Below are positions 48,604 through 59,041 of a stretch of DNA of 64,000 nt, piece by piece (position 1 is the stretch's first letter; the number at the start of each line of letters is the position of its first letter). The DNA is taken from positions 16,760 to 80,759 of the forward strand of contig JAOHSR010000002.1 of the NCBI GenBank assembly GCA_028122735.1, in the 5' to 3' direction. The notes below the pieces were generated by a model. The model was given only the letters and a program-made list of their open reading frames with translations. It searched no databases and was not told the origin of the DNA. The stretch comes from Flavobacteriales bacterium (lineage in GTDB: Bacteria > Bacteroidota > Bacteroidia > Flavobacteriales > BACL11). The translations under genes and the position numbers were made by a program.

Positions 48604-49656
48604 ATGAAAATATTAAATCTAGTTGTTTTTTTACTGCTTCTAAATAGTTGTGCAAATATCGTTATGCCAACAGGAGGGGAAAAAGATACTTCTTCACCAA
48701 CTCTTCTTCAAACAATTCCCAAAAACAATTCTGTAAACTTTCAAAATGATCAAATAACTTTTGTTTTTAATGAAAACATACAGGACAATAAATGGAATGA
48801 CTATTTCAATATCTCGCCAACTACTGAAAAGCCATTAGAGTATAAAATTTCTAAAAACATTCTAACACTCTTTTTGGATGCTGAATTAAAGGATAGCACA
48901 ACATTCTCTATTAATTTAAATAATTGTATCAAAGATATTAATGAAGGGAATATCCTTAAAAATTTAAGCTATAACTTTTCAACTTCAAATACAATTGATT
49001 CTCTTGAAATTAATGGAAAGGTAATTGATGCTCAATCTCTTCAAGCAATATCAAACGCGTGGGTTTTTTTACAAAATGAAAAATTAGCAGATAGTTTGTG
49101 CGTAAATACAACACCAATTTATGTGACCAAAACAAATACAGGTGGTGCTTATCATTTTAATAATTTAAATGATGAGACTTATAAAATATTTGCTTTAGAT
49201 GGGGTAGATATTTATTATAACAATTCTGATAAAATTGCATTTAGCACTAATGCAATTAATGCAAAAATTGATTCGAATAAAACTCTATATCTTTTTGACC
49301 CATTGTATCAACATAAAACTATTGGTGATAGTTTATTGACAAAAGAAAAAAAGAAAGAAGACTCTGGAAAGATAATTTTAAATTGTATGACAAATGATAA
49401 TTTAATTATTCAATTGTATGATGAGAAAAAATTAATAAACGAATATTTTTTTAAATATGGCCCATACGTTCTAGAAAACATTCCTTCTGGGAAATATAAT
49501 GTAAAGGTCATTGTAGATGCTAATAAAAACAATCTGTGGGATACAGGAAATTTGAATTTACAAAAACTTCCAGAAAAAATAATTAAAATAAGTGATGAGA
49601 TTAATGTTAGAGAAAACTGGACTTTAGAGGTGAATTGTAAAATTAATGAATTGTAA
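48604..49656 (+). CDS. lipoprotein with N-terminal Ig-like domain, function unknown
   Basis: 350 aa. Lipobox LLNSC, then PTGGEKDTSSPTLLQTIP, typical of bacterial Ig-like (Big_5-type) lipoproteins. Beta-rich remainder. Confidence 0.55.
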   Translation: MKILNLVVFLLLLNSCANIVMPTGGEKDTSSPTLLQTIPKNNSVNFQNDQITFVFNENIQDNKWNDYFNISPTTEKPLEYKISKNILTLFLDAELKDSTTFSINLNNCIKDINEGNILKNLSYNFSTSNTIDSLEINGKVIDAQSLQAISNAWVFLQNEKLADSLCVNTTPIYVTKTNTGGAYHFNNLNDETYKIFALDGVDIYYNNSDKIAFSTNAINAKIDSNKTLYLFDPLYQHKTIGDSLLTKEKKKEDSGKIILNCMTNDNLIIQLYDEKKLINEYFFKYGPYVLENIPSGKYNVKVIVDANKNNLWDTGNLNLQKLPEKIIKISDEINVRENWTLEVNCKINEL

Positions 49657-50419
49657 AATTATCTTGATCATTCAAAAAATTTAACTGCCTTCTCTGAATT
49701 GTTAATTTTTCTTTAGAAAGAACAACTGTTTTAACAATATCTTTTTCTTGTCTCAATTCTAATAAGCTATTTCCCATACCATCAAAAAAAGAAGAGTGGC
49801 CAGGAAATTCAAAACCATTTTCATCTTTTCCAACTCTATTAACACCGGCGGTATATGCCTGATTTTCAATTGCTCTTGCTTGCAAGAGGGTATCCCATGC
49901 CTTAATCCTCTTTGACGGCCAGCTGGATAAAAATATTAACAGATCATATTCATTTTGATTTCTACAAAAGACAGGGAACCTTATATCATAACATATCATA
50001 GGGCAAATTTTCCATCCATAATCATTGATAATAATTTTTTTCGAACCTTTTGACAACATTTTTTCTTCTTTAGCTAAAGAGAATAAGTGCACTTTATCAT
50101 AACAAAATACCCTTCCATTTTTGTTTAGCCATACTAATCTGTTATATATCTTATTATTTTCGTTTATCATTAAGGTGCCTGCAATTGAACATTTTTTTTG
50201 TTTGGAGATGCCTTTCATCCACTGTATAGTTGGGCCAGACATTTTTTCAGCAAGATTAACTTCTAATGGGCAAAATGCAGTATTAAACATTTCTGGAAGT
50301 AAAATAATATCAGTGGATTTTAAATCCGATAAAATAGATTCTATTTTTAAAAGATTTTTTTTCTTTTCTTTTGAAATTAAATCTGTTTGAACAATTGAAA
50401 TTTCTAGAGTGTCTTTCAA
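49643..50419 (-). CDS. carbon-nitrogen hydrolase (nitrilase superfamily, omega-amidase-like)
   Basis: 258 aa. Glu (LLPEMF), Lys (DKVHLF) and Cys (ICYDIRFP) triad. Confidence 0.88.
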   Translation of the reverse strand: MKDTLEISIVQTDLISKEKKKNLLKIESILSDLKSTDIILLPEMFNTAFCPLEVNLAEKMSGPTIQWMKGISKQKKCSIAGTLMINENNKIYNRLVWLNKNGRVFCYDKVHLFSLAKEEKMLSKGSKKIIINDYGWKICPMICYDIRFPVFCRNQNEYDLLIFLSSWPSKRIKAWDTLLQARAIENQAYTAGVNRVGKDENGFEFPGHSSFFDGMGNSLLELRQEKDIVKTVVLSKEKLTIQRRQLNFLNDQDNFTIH

Positions 50420-50448
50420 TTTATAGATGGGATTAAATATTAGATTTT

Positions 50449-51201
50449 TTATTTTTCTTTAACCAATGTTGCCTTAACATATTCTCTATTCATTCTTGCT
50501 ATATACTCTAGAGAAATTCCTTTAGGGCATTCTACTTCACATGCTCCTGTGTTTGTGCAATTACCAAAGCCTTCCTTATCCATTTGCTCAACCATATTAA
50601 CTACTCTGTCTTTGGCTTCAACTTCTCCTTGTGGGAGGTATGAGTACTGAGATACTTTAGCAGCAACAAAAAGCATAGCGGATGAATTTTTACATGTTGC
50701 AACGCATGCTGCACAACCAATACAAGCCGCAGCATCAAAAGCTTTGTCTGCATCATCTTTTGGAATTGGGATGGCATTAGCATCCTGAGTATTTCCTGAT
50801 GTATTCACTGAAATAAACCCTCCAGCTTGTTGTATTCGATCAAATGCACTTCTATCTACTACTAAATCCTTAATAACAGGTAAGGATTTAGATCTCCATG
50901 GTTCAATATAAATAGTATCCCCATCATCAAAAGACCTCATATGTAATTGACATGTTGTAGTTCCTCTTGAAGGCCCATGAGCCTGTCCATTAATATACAT
51001 CGAGCACATACCACATATTCCCTCTCTACAATCATGATCAAAAGCTACTGGCTCTTTTCCATCTTCAATTAATTTATCATTTAAAACATCCATCATCTCT
51101 AAAAAAGAAGAATGCTCTGAAATACCAGAAATTTGATAGGTTTCAATCTTTCCTTTAGCCTTACTGTCTTTTTGTCTCCAAACTTTTAAAATTAAATCCA
51201 T
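50449..51201 (-). CDS. sdhB: succinate dehydrogenase/fumarate reductase iron-sulfur subunit
   Basis: 250 aa with three Cys clusters: [20 protein letters not shown], and [12 protein letters not shown]. Confidence 0.95.
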   Translation of the reverse strand: MDLILKVWRQKDSKAKGKIETYQISGISEHSSFLEMMDVLNDKLIEDGKEPVAFDHDCREGICGMCSMYINGQAHGPSRGTTTCQLHMRSFDDGDTIYIEPWRSKSLPVIKDLVVDRSAFDRIQQAGGFISVNTSGNTQDANAIPIPKDDADKAFDAAACIGCAACVATCKNSSAMLFVAAKVSQYSYLPQGEVEAKDRVVNMVEQMDKEGFGNCTNTGACEVECPKGISLEYIARMNREYVKATLVKEK

Positions 51202-51206
51202 AAACT

Positions 51207-53207
51207 CTATTTGTAAGATCTTTGTTTTAATTCAATGTCATTAAACTCTAGATGCTCCTTGTGAAGTATAGCATCTGAAGGTTCTCCAATATACTCCCAT
51301 GCTGAAGTAAAGGCAAAATCTGTATCATTTCGTAAGGCCTCACCCTCTGGAGTTTGTGATTCTTCTCTAAAATGTCCACCAGCAGATTCTGTTCTTTCAA
51401 GAGCATCCTTGGCAAATAATTCTCCAAGTTCAAGAAAATCTGCAACTCTTCCAGCTTTTTCCAGCTCTTTGTTCATTTCATTTTGTGATCCAGGGATTTT
51501 TACATTTGTCCAAAATTCTTTTCTAATATTCTTAATTTCTTGAATTGCATAATCTAATCCTTCTTTATTTCTAGCCATACCGGCATACTCCCACATAATT
51601 TTACCTAGTTTTTTATGAAAATAATCAACTGTTTTTTCACCTTTAATATTTAGCATTTTGTCGAGAGTTTCTTTAACCCTTTCTTCTGCTTTAGAAAATT
51701 CTTTTGAATCTGTTGAAATAGGTCCAGTCCTAATATCATGCGAGAGATAATCACCAATTGTATAAGGTAGTACAAAATAACCATCTGCAAGGCCCTGCAT
51801 TAATGCTGAAGCTCCTAACCTATTTGCACCATGATCTGAAAAATTAGCCTCACCAATACAATAACAGCCAGGAATAGTTGTCATTAAATTGTAGTCAACC
51901 CACACACCACCCATTGTATAATGAACAGCTGGATATATCATCATTGGTGTCTGATATGGATTTTCTGCTACAATTTGCTCATACATTTGAAATAAATTAC
52001 CGTATTTCTGAGAAACAACTGCCTCCCCAAGTTCAATTATCTTTTGAGAAGAGGGGTTAGATATACCTAATATTAGGGCTTTTTCTTTACCATATCTTTC
52101 AATAGCAGATGAAAAATCTAAATATACTGCCTCTCCTGTTGAGTTAACTCCAAATCCAGCATCACACCTTTCCTTTGCAGCTCTTGAAGCAACATCTCTA
52201 GGCACTAAATTCCCAAAAGCAGGATACCTTCTTTCGAGATAATAATCTCTATCCTCTTCACTAATATCAGTTGGTTTTAATTTTTTTTGTCTAACCAATT
52301 CAGCATCTTCTTGATTTTTTGGAACCCATATTCTTCCGTCATTTCTAAGAGATTCAGACATTAAAGTCAATTTTGACTGATGTTCTCCCGATCTTGGCAC
52401 ACAAGTTGGATGAATTTGAGTATAGCATGGGTTTGCAAAAAAAGCGCCGTTTTTATGTATTTTCCATGAAGCAGTAACATTTGAGCCCATCGCGTTTGTT
52501 GATAAGAAAAAAACGTTCCCATATCCACCACTTGCAATCACAACAGCATGAGCTGAATGTCTCTCGATCTCTCCAGTAACAAGATTTCTAGAAATTATTC
52601 CCCTGGCTTTACCATCAACTTTTACAAGCTCAACCATTTCATGACGGTTATACATTTTAATTTTCCCTTTGGCAATCTGCCTGTTCATGGCAGAATAAGC
52701 CCCTAACAGAAGTTGTTGACCTGTTTGTCCTCTTGCATAAAAGGTTCTAGAAACTAAAACTCCACCAAATGATCTATTGTCTAAAAGACCTCCATAATCT
52801 CGTGCAAATGGAACTCCTTGAGCAACACACTGATCAATTATATTTACAGAAACCTCTGCTAATCGATAAACATTTGCTTCTCTAGCTCTGTAATCTCCTC
52901 CCTTTACTGTATCATAAAACAGTCGATATATAGAGTCTCCGTCGTTTTGATAATTTTTTGCTGCATTAATTCCTCCTTGAGCAGCTATTGAGTGTGCTCT
53001 TCTTGGGGAATCCTGATAACAAAAGGCCTTTACATTATAACCCATTTCTGCCAAAGAGGCTGAAGCAGAACCACCGGCTAAGCCTGTACCAACAACGATT
53101 ATATCAATATTCCTCTTGTTAGCTGGGCCAACAACATTAATCGTGTTTTTATGTTTTGTCCATTTGTCAGCAATTGGACCTGAAGGCACTTTGGAATCTA
53201 GCATCAT
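51207..53207 (-). CDS. sdhA: succinate dehydrogenase/fumarate reductase flavoprotein subunit
   Basis: 666 aa. FAD-binding [12 protein letters not shown], the covalent-FAD His region [10 protein letters not shown], and HYTMGG. Confidence 0.96.
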   Translation of the reverse strand: MMLDSKVPSGPIADKWTKHKNTINVVGPANKRNIDIIVVGTGLAGGSASASLAEMGYNVKAFCYQDSPRRAHSIAAQGGINAAKNYQNDGDSIYRLFYDTVKGGDYRAREANVYRLAEVSVNIIDQCVAQGVPFARDYGGLLDNRSFGGVLVSRTFYARGQTGQQLLLGAYSAMNRQIAKGKIKMYNRHEMVELVKVDGKARGIISRNLVTGEIERHSAHAVVIASGGYGNVFFLSTNAMGSNVTASWKIHKNGAFFANPCYTQIHPTCVPRSGEHQSKLTLMSESLRNDGRIWVPKNQEDAELVRQKKLKPTDISEEDRDYYLERRYPAFGNLVPRDVASRAAKERCDAGFGVNSTGEAVYLDFSSAIERYGKEKALILGISNPSSQKIIELGEAVVSQKYGNLFQMYEQIVAENPYQTPMMIYPAVHYTMGGVWVDYNLMTTIPGCYCIGEANFSDHGANRLGASALMQGLADGYFVLPYTIGDYLSHDIRTGPISTDSKEFSKAEERVKETLDKMLNIKGEKTVDYFHKKLGKIMWEYAGMARNKEGLDYAIQEIKNIRKEFWTNVKIPGSQNEMNKELEKAGRVADFLELGELFAKDALERTESAGGHFREESQTPEGEALRNDTDFAFTSAWEYIGEPSDAILHKEHLEFNDIELKQRSYK

Positions 53208-53858
53208 TTATAGAATTGAAGATTGGTTAATAAAATGAAAAATAGCGATAGTAGAAAAGCCCAATGCAATAACAATGCTGTAGGCTGTACTAACTATTTT
53301 TATTAACGGATTATATTTTTTATGGTTGGCACCCATTGACTGAAAGGCTGATTTAAAGCCATGATTTAAATGGACTCCCAAGACAATAAACGCAATAACA
53401 TAAACAGCAGTATAATATGGATTAGTAAATAAATTAACAACTAAATCATAATCTGTTGTCCCCTCAGGCAAACCAACAAACTTCATTTGATAAAAATAAT
53501 CTCTTAAGTGCAGAGCTAAAAAAACTATTACTAAACCTCCAGAAACAATCATAGATCTGGAGGAAAGATCTGTGTTTTTACTCATCCTATTGTAAACATA
53601 TTCTTGAGATCTTGCTCTTTTGTTTTGAATTGTAAGTTTAATACCCATTCCAATATGAATGATAAATCCTAGCGCCAAAACATACTGCATTGCGTAAATA
53701 ATTGGATTAGTAGCCATAAAATGAGCTGCTTCATTAAACAAATCTTTAGATGAGGCTAAGGTTAGTGAGTTTATTACAAGATGAGTAATTAAAAAGATAA
53801 TTAAAAACAGACCCGAAAGTGCCATAATAAATTTTCTTATAATAGATGATAACTCCAT
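53208..53858 (-). CDS. sdhC: succinate dehydrogenase cytochrome b subunit (b558 family)
   Basis: 216 aa from the ATG at 53858, 5 TM with conserved His. The ORF-track TTG at 53882 sits inside the -7 box. Confidence 0.85.
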   Translation of the reverse strand: MELSSIIRKFIMALSGLFLIIFLITHLVINSLTLASSKDLFNEAAHFMATNPIIYAMQYVLALGFIIHIGMGIKLTIQNKRARSQEYVYNRMSKNTDLSSRSMIVSGGLVIVFLALHLRDYFYQMKFVGLPEGTTDYDLVVNLFTNPYYTAVYVIAFIVLGVHLNHGFKSAFQSMGANHKKYNPLIKIVSTAYSIVIALGFSTIAIFHFINQSSIL

Positions 53859-53879
53859 TTTGGATAATAAATAATATTG

Positions 53880-53887
53880 CAAAGGTA
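53880..53887 (-). promoter_or_regulatory. -7 box TACCTTTG for sdhCAB
   Basis: Plus strand reads CAAAGGTA. 21 nt upstream of the ATG at 53858. Confidence 0.45.
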
Positions 53888-53957
53888 CGACCCATATCGC
53901 ACAAAAACAATAATATTTAGTAATTCAGAATGATTATATATAAAATATGAAAATTAA

Positions 53958-53965
53958 TATCTTTG
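53958..53965 (+). promoter_or_regulatory. -7 box TATCTTTG
   Basis: 18 nt upstream of the ATG at 53984. Confidence 0.45.
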
Positions 53966-53983
53966 TAATAAATAATTAATCAC

Positions 53984-55270
53984 ATGAAATATTCTCAGAT
54001 AAATCCAAGCTTATTTATTAATAATAGAAAACTCTTTTCTGCTAGGCTAAAGGAAAATTCAATAGCAATTTTTAATGCTAATGACATAATGCCCACTAAT
54101 TCCGATGGGACTATGCCTTTTAAGCAAAATAGTGATTTATTTTGGTTAACAAGCGTAGACCAAGAAGAAAGTGTACTTGCTATTGTAAAAAACAATAATC
54201 AAGTAAAAGAGATGCTTTTTTTAAAGGAAACTAATGAGCATATAGCAATCTGGGAAGGAGCTAAATTAGATAAAGAATTAGCACAAAAGAATTCAGGAGT
54301 AGAAAAAATATATTGGCTTAACCAAATGGATGAAATTTTAAATATAGAAATTGAAAAAGCATCTAATATTTATTTAAATAAAAATATACACAGCAGGTCA
54401 ACTTCTGAAGTTCAGACAAGAGATGATAGATTTAGAAAAGTCTTGATTAAAAATCATCCAAACAAAGAAAAAGAAATTGTTGAAGTAGCTCCGATAATGC
54501 ACGAATTAAGATTTATAAAATCAGAAATAGAAATCGAGCTTATGAGGAATGCTTGTAATATTACCGAAAAGGGACTTAGAAGAATTCTTCCAATTATTAA
54601 ACCCGGGATAATGGAGTATCAAATTGAAGCTGAATTAATGCATGAGTTTTTATCCAATCGATCTGCAGGTTTTGCGTATCAACCAATTATTGGTTCTGGA
54701 GTTGATTCCTGTGTTTTACATTACATTGATAACAATAAAATGTGTAAAGAAGGAGATGTTTTATTAATGGACTTTGGTGCAGAATATGCAAATTACGCCT
54801 CAGACCTTACAAGAACAGTGCCTGTTAATGGTAGGTTTTCTAAAAGACAAAAAAATGTTTATAATGCTGTTCACAGAGTAATGAAGGAGGCTACTAATAT
54901 GCTTAGGCCAGGAACAGATCACAAGAAGATGCAACAAGAAGTGATTAAAATTATGGAAGAAGAGCTAATCGGCCTAAGTCTTTTTGATAGAGAAGATGTA
55001 AAGCAACAAGATCCTTCAAATCCGATGTATAAAAAATATTTTATGCATGGAACGTCTCACTCCTTAGGTTTAGATGTTCATGATGTTGGCGACACAGGCA
55101 CACCTATGCAGCCTGGAATGGTATTTACTTGTGAGCCTGGTATATATATTAGAGAAGAGGGTATCGGTATACGATTGGAAAATGATGTATTGGTTACATC
55201 TGGAAATCCTGATGATCTAATGAAAAATATTCCAATTGATTATCAAGAAATTGAGTCATTGATGAATTAG
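53984..55270 (+). CDS. Xaa-Pro aminopeptidase (M24B, aminopeptidase P family)
   Basis: 428 aa. N-terminal AMP_N-like domain; metal ligands in LLMDFGAEY, DLTRT, HGTSHSLGLDVHD, and EPGIY...IRLEN. Confidence 0.9.
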   Translation: MKYSQINPSLFINNRKLFSARLKENSIAIFNANDIMPTNSDGTMPFKQNSDLFWLTSVDQEESVLAIVKNNNQVKEMLFLKETNEHIAIWEGAKLDKELAQKNSGVEKIYWLNQMDEILNIEIEKASNIYLNKNIHSRSTSEVQTRDDRFRKVLIKNHPNKEKEIVEVAPIMHELRFIKSEIEIELMRNACNITEKGLRRILPIIKPGIMEYQIEAELMHEFLSNRSAGFAYQPIIGSGVDSCVLHYIDNNKMCKEGDVLLMDFGAEYANYASDLTRTVPVNGRFSKRQKNVYNAVHRVMKEATNMLRPGTDHKKMQQEVIKIMEEELIGLSLFDREDVKQQDPSNPMYKKYFMHGTSHSLGLDVHDVGDTGTPMQPGMVFTCEPGIYIREEGIGIRLENDVLVTSGNPDDLMKNIPIDYQEIESLMN

Positions 55271-56319
55271 TCTTGTGTGGAGTCCCAACCCTGAGCAATT
55301 AATTTATGAGAGCTTCCATCGCTAGCTATAAAACTATTTTCTTCAGACGGATCAGAAACATAGCCAACAATTGTAAAGTCAGGATCTTTTTTAAGTTTTT
55401 CATAATCTTTTTGATCAATTGTAAATAATAACTCATAATCCTCTCCACCTGAAAGTGCGCAAGAAATTGGGTTTAATTTAAACTCTGTACCAGCATTCAT
55501 TATGGTGTAGTCTATTGGTATTTTTTCTTCATGAAGACAAACACTTACTTTTGAAGATTTTGCAATATGTAGCGCTTCTGATGATAGTCCATCTGAAATA
55601 TCAATCATAGATGTAGGGACTATAGAAAGTTCTTCTAAAATTTTTAAGTATTTTACTGGTGCTTCTGGCTTAAGCTGTCGACTAAGTGCATAATCATGTC
55701 CACTTAAATCTGGTTGAACTTTAGGATTGTCTTTAAAAATATCTTTTTCTCTTTGCAATACTTGAAGACCAAAATATGCAGCTCCAAGATCACCGGTTAC
55801 AACAAGTAAGTCATTAACATTAGCGCCATTTCTATATGTTATTTTGTCTTTATCAACCTCACCAATTACCGATACATTAATAACCATTCCAGAAGTGGAT
55901 GACGTCGTATCTCCTCCAGCAAGATCAACATTATATTTTTTACATGCGAGTTCAACACCGAGGTAAAACTCCTCAAGCGCTTCAACACTAAATCGATTAG
56001 AAACAGCAAGGCTAATAATAACATGGGTGGGTTTACCATTCATTGCACATATATCAGATACATTAACTGCAATCGATTTATAACCTAAATGTTTTAATGG
56101 CACATATGCTAAATCAAAATGAACCCCCTCAACTAACATATCTGTGCTGAGAAGTTCAAAAACATCACCTCTATCAATAACGGCACAATCATCTCCTATT
56201 GCTTTAACTGTTTTTGAATTAGAAGGAGTAAAGTTTTTGGTTAATCTGTCTATTAATCCAAACTCACCTAAAGTGGTAATTGGAGTCGTATATATATTTT
56301 CATTATCTATTAAACTCAT
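55267..56319 (-). CDS. thiL: thiamine-monophosphate kinase
   Basis: 350 aa. LGEFGLIDRL, GDDCAVI, DISDGL and GGEDYELLFT. Confidence 0.9.
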   Translation of the reverse strand: MSLIDNENIYTTPITTLGEFGLIDRLTKNFTPSNSKTVKAIGDDCAVIDRGDVFELLSTDMLVEGVHFDLAYVPLKHLGYKSIAVNVSDICAMNGKPTHVIISLAVSNRFSVEALEEFYLGVELACKKYNVDLAGGDTTSSTSGMVINVSVIGEVDKDKITYRNGANVNDLLVVTGDLGAAYFGLQVLQREKDIFKDNPKVQPDLSGHDYALSRQLKPEAPVKYLKILEELSIVPTSMIDISDGLSSEALHIAKSSKVSVCLHEEKIPIDYTIMNAGTEFKLNPISCALSGGEDYELLFTIDQKDYEKLKKDPDFTIVGYVSDPSEENSFIASDGSSHKLIAQGWDSTQD

Positions 56320-56323
56320 GAAA

Positions 56324-56331
56324 CAAAGATA
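56324..56331 (-). promoter_or_regulatory. -7 box TATCTTTG for thiL
   Basis: Plus strand reads CAAAGATA. Only 4 nt upstream of the ATG at 56319, which implies a leaderless or near-leaderless mRNA. Confidence 0.45.
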
Positions 56332-56367
56332 CTTATATTAAGCTAAAAACTAATGATTTTTATTTTG

Positions 56368-56393
56368 TATAGTTTTTTCTACAAAAAACTATA
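56368..56393. promoter_or_regulatory. perfect inverted repeat TATAGTTTTTT-ctac-AAAAAACTATA (candidate operator)
   Basis: 11-bp arms with a 4-nt spacer, read directly. The right arm overlaps a TATATTTG -7-like box at 56392-56399, upstream of the suf operon. Confidence 0.5.
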
Positions 56394-56444
56394 TATTTGT
56401 AAAACATTAAGTTAATTAGTTAAATTTATATCTAATACATTTTG

Positions 56445-56452
56445 TAATTTTG
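56445..56452 (+). promoter_or_regulatory. -7 box TAATTTTG for the suf operon
   Basis: 26 nt upstream of the ATG at 56479. An alternative box lies at 56392-56399. Confidence 0.4.
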
Positions 56453-56478
56453 CAGAAAGATTTAAAAAAATTAATTTG

Positions 56479-56802
56479 ATGATTAAAATTAGTGACTCAG
56501 CAAGAGACCGCCTTCTTCAAATAATGAAGAATGAAGAGGGTGAAAAAAAATACGTCCGAGTTGGGGTTGAAAGTGGTGGATGCTCTGGTTTAAGTTATAA
56601 GCTTGACTTTGATTTGCAAAAGCTAGCGGATGACGAATTAATTAATGACAATAAAATTCAATTATTAGTGAATAAAAAAAGCTTTTTATATTTAGTCGGA
56701 ACAACTCTTGAGTTTTCAGAAGGACTGAATGGCAAGGGCTTTGTTTTCAACAATCCAAACGCAAGTAGAACTTGTGGTTGTGGTGAGAGTTTTTCACTAT
56801 AA
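56479..56802 (+). CDS. A-type Fe-S cluster carrier (HesB/IscA/SufA family)
   Basis: 107 aa. GGCSG and C-terminal CGCGESF cluster ligands. Confidence 0.9.
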   Translation: MIKISDSARDRLLQIMKNEEGEKKYVRVGVESGGCSGLSYKLDFDLQKLADDELINDNKIQLLVNKKSFLYLVGTTLEFSEGLNGKGFVFNNPNASRTCGCGESFSL

Positions 56803-56817
56803 TATCAATAATACAAA

Positions 56818-58269
56818 ATGAGAGAAGAATTATCTGAAGATGAATTATTAGAGAAGGTAACAACCAGTGAATACAAATATGGTTTTACTACAGATATTGA
56901 ATCAGACAAAATCCAGAAAGGTTTAAATGAGGATACTGTTCGTCTAATTTCTTCAAAAAAGAATGAGCCGGAGTGGATGTTAGAATACAGGCTAAAAGCC
57001 TTTGATATTTGGAAAGAAATGGATGAGCCTAATTGGGCAAATATAAATTATCCAAAACCCAATTATCAAGATATAATTTATTATTCTGCCCCAAAGCAGA
57101 AGAAAAAACTAAATAGTCTGGACGATTTAGACCCAGAACTTAAGAAAACTTTTGATAAGCTTGGGATATCTCTAAATGAACAAAAAAGACTCTCTGGAGT
57201 TGCTATGGATATTGTTATTGACAGTGTCTCTGTTGCAACCTCTTTTAAAGATAAGCTTGCAGAATTAGGAATAATATTTTGCCCAATCTCTGATGCAATA
57301 AAAGAACACCCAGAACTTGTTAAAAAATATCTCGGAACAGTTGTACCAACAAGAGATAACTTCTTCTCAGCCTTAAACTCTGCGGTATTTTCTGACGGCT
57401 CTTTTTGCTATATTCCAAAAGGAGTGAAATGCCCAATGGAACTTTCTACATATTTTAGAATAAATGAAGCTGGAACTGGTCAATTTGAAAGGACTTTATT
57501 AATTGCAGATGAAGATAGTTATGTGAGTTATCTTGAGGGCTGTACAGCTCCTCAAAGAGATGAAAACCAGCTGCATGCTGCTGTTGTAGAGCTTGTAGCA
57601 CTTGACAACGCTGAAATAAAATATTCAACAGTTCAAAACTGGTACCCCGGTGATGAAAATGGAGTTGGAGGTGTCTTTAATTTTGTAACAAAAAGAGGTG
57701 TCTGCCATAAAAACTCCAAAATTTCATGGACACAAGTTGAGACGGGTTCAGCTGTAACCTGGAAATACCCATCATGTATACTAAAGGGTGACAATTCAAT
57801 TGGAGAGTTTTTTTCTGTTGCAATAACAAATAATCTGCAACAAGCTGACACTGGAACAAAAATGGTGCATCTTGGTAAAAACTCAAAAAGCACAATAATT
57901 GCAAAAGGAATATGTGCTGGTAAAAGCAATGGGAGTTATAGAGGTTTAGTTCAAATTGCAAAAGGAGCTAAAAACTCTAGAAATTTTTCTCAATGTGATT
58001 CTCTATTAATGGGGGATAAATGTGGCTCACACACCTTCCCATACATCGAAGTAAAAAATAGCAGCTCTCAGGTTGAACACGAAGCAACTACATCTAAAAT
58101 TGGAGAAGATCAAATATTTTATTGCAACCAAAGGGGAATTGGAACAGAAGAGGCTATTGCTCTAATAGTTAATGGATACTGTAAAGATGTTTTAAATCAA
58201 TTGCCAATGGAATTTGCGGTTGAAGCTCAAAAATTATTAGAAATAAGTTTAGAAGGTAGTGTTGGATAA
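56818..58269 (+). CDS. sufB: Fe-S cluster assembly scaffold SufB
   Basis: 483 aa. YKYGF N-terminal motif, a SufB beta-helix core, and C-terminal IVNGYCKDV-type sequence. Confidence 0.97.
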   Translation: MREELSEDELLEKVTTSEYKYGFTTDIESDKIQKGLNEDTVRLISSKKNEPEWMLEYRLKAFDIWKEMDEPNWANINYPKPNYQDIIYYSAPKQKKKLNSLDDLDPELKKTFDKLGISLNEQKRLSGVAMDIVIDSVSVATSFKDKLAELGIIFCPISDAIKEHPELVKKYLGTVVPTRDNFFSALNSAVFSDGSFCYIPKGVKCPMELSTYFRINEAGTGQFERTLLIADEDSYVSYLEGCTAPQRDENQLHAAVVELVALDNAEIKYSTVQNWYPGDENGVGGVFNFVTKRGVCHKNSKISWTQVETGSAVTWKYPSCILKGDNSIGEFFSVAITNNLQQADTGTKMVHLGKNSKSTIIAKGICAGKSNGSYRGLVQIAKGAKNSRNFSQCDSLLMGDKCGSHTFPYIEVKNSSSQVEHEATTSKIGEDQIFYCNQRGIGTEEAIALIVNGYCKDVLNQLPMEFAVEAQKLLEISLEGSVG

Positions 58270-58279
58270 ATAAAAAATT

Positions 58280-59041
58280 ATGTTAAAAATTGAAAATTTA
58301 AAAGCAGGTATTGAGGAGGTTAAGATATTAAACGGTATTGACTTATCTGTTAATGCTGGTGAAGTTCATGCAATTATGGGGCCAAATGGGTCTGGTAAAA
58401 GCACTCTTTCAGCAGTTATTGCCGGAAATGAAAGCTACGAAGTTGAGTCGGGATCTATCATTTTTGAGGGTGAAGATCTATTAGAGTTAGATCCGGATCA
58501 AAGAGCTCATAAAGGAGTGTTTCTTTCTTTCCAGTATCCGGTAGAGATTCCGGGTATTTCAGTTTCAAATTTTTTAAAAGCTGCAATTTCAGAAAAAAGA
58601 AAACAGTTAGGACTAGATCCAATAAGTGCTAAAGACCTTCTTGGTAAAATGAGAGAGAAAATGGAGCTCCTAAATATGAAGAAAGGTTATTTATCAAGAA
58701 ATATGAACGAGGGATTTTCTGGTGGAGAGAAGAAAAGAAATGAAATATTTCAAATGGCTATGCTAGAGCCTAAACTTGCTATTTTAGACGAAACTGATTC
58801 TGGACTTGATATTGATGCTTTAAAAATTGTTGCTAATGGAGTTAATAAGCTAAAAAACAAGAAAAATGCTACAATTGTAATTACGCATTATCAAAGATTA
58901 CTCGACTACATTATTCCTGACTATGTTCACGTTTTACATAATGGAAGGATAATTAAATCAGGAGGTAAAGAACTGGCTTTAGAACTTGAAGAAAAAGGCT
59001 ATGATTGGATTACAAAAGAAGCTGATAAGAAATGGGGTTAA
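58280..59041 (+). CDS. sufC: Fe-S cluster assembly ATPase SufC
   Basis: 253 aa. Walker A GPNGSGKST, ABC signature FSGGEKKRNEI, and Walker B ILDETDSGLD. Confidence 0.97.
   Translation: MLKIENLKAGIEEVKILNGIDLSVNAGEVHAIMGPNGSGKSTLSAVIAGNESYEVESGSIIFEGEDLLELDPDQRAHKGVFLSFQYPVEIPGISVSNFLKAAISEKRKQLGLDPISAKDLLGKMREKMELLNMKKGYLSRNMNEGFSGGEKKRNEIFQMAMLEPKLAILDETDSGLDIDALKIVANGVNKLKNKKNATIVITHYQRLLDYIIPDYVHVLHNGRIIKSGGKELALELEEKGYDWITKEADKKWG

Noticed and set aside
56351-56367. TAATGATTTTTATTTTG upstream of the suf palindrome loosely resembles half of a Fur box.
   Set aside because: Only the TAATGAT core matches and the dyad partner is missing, so it is not distinguishable from background.
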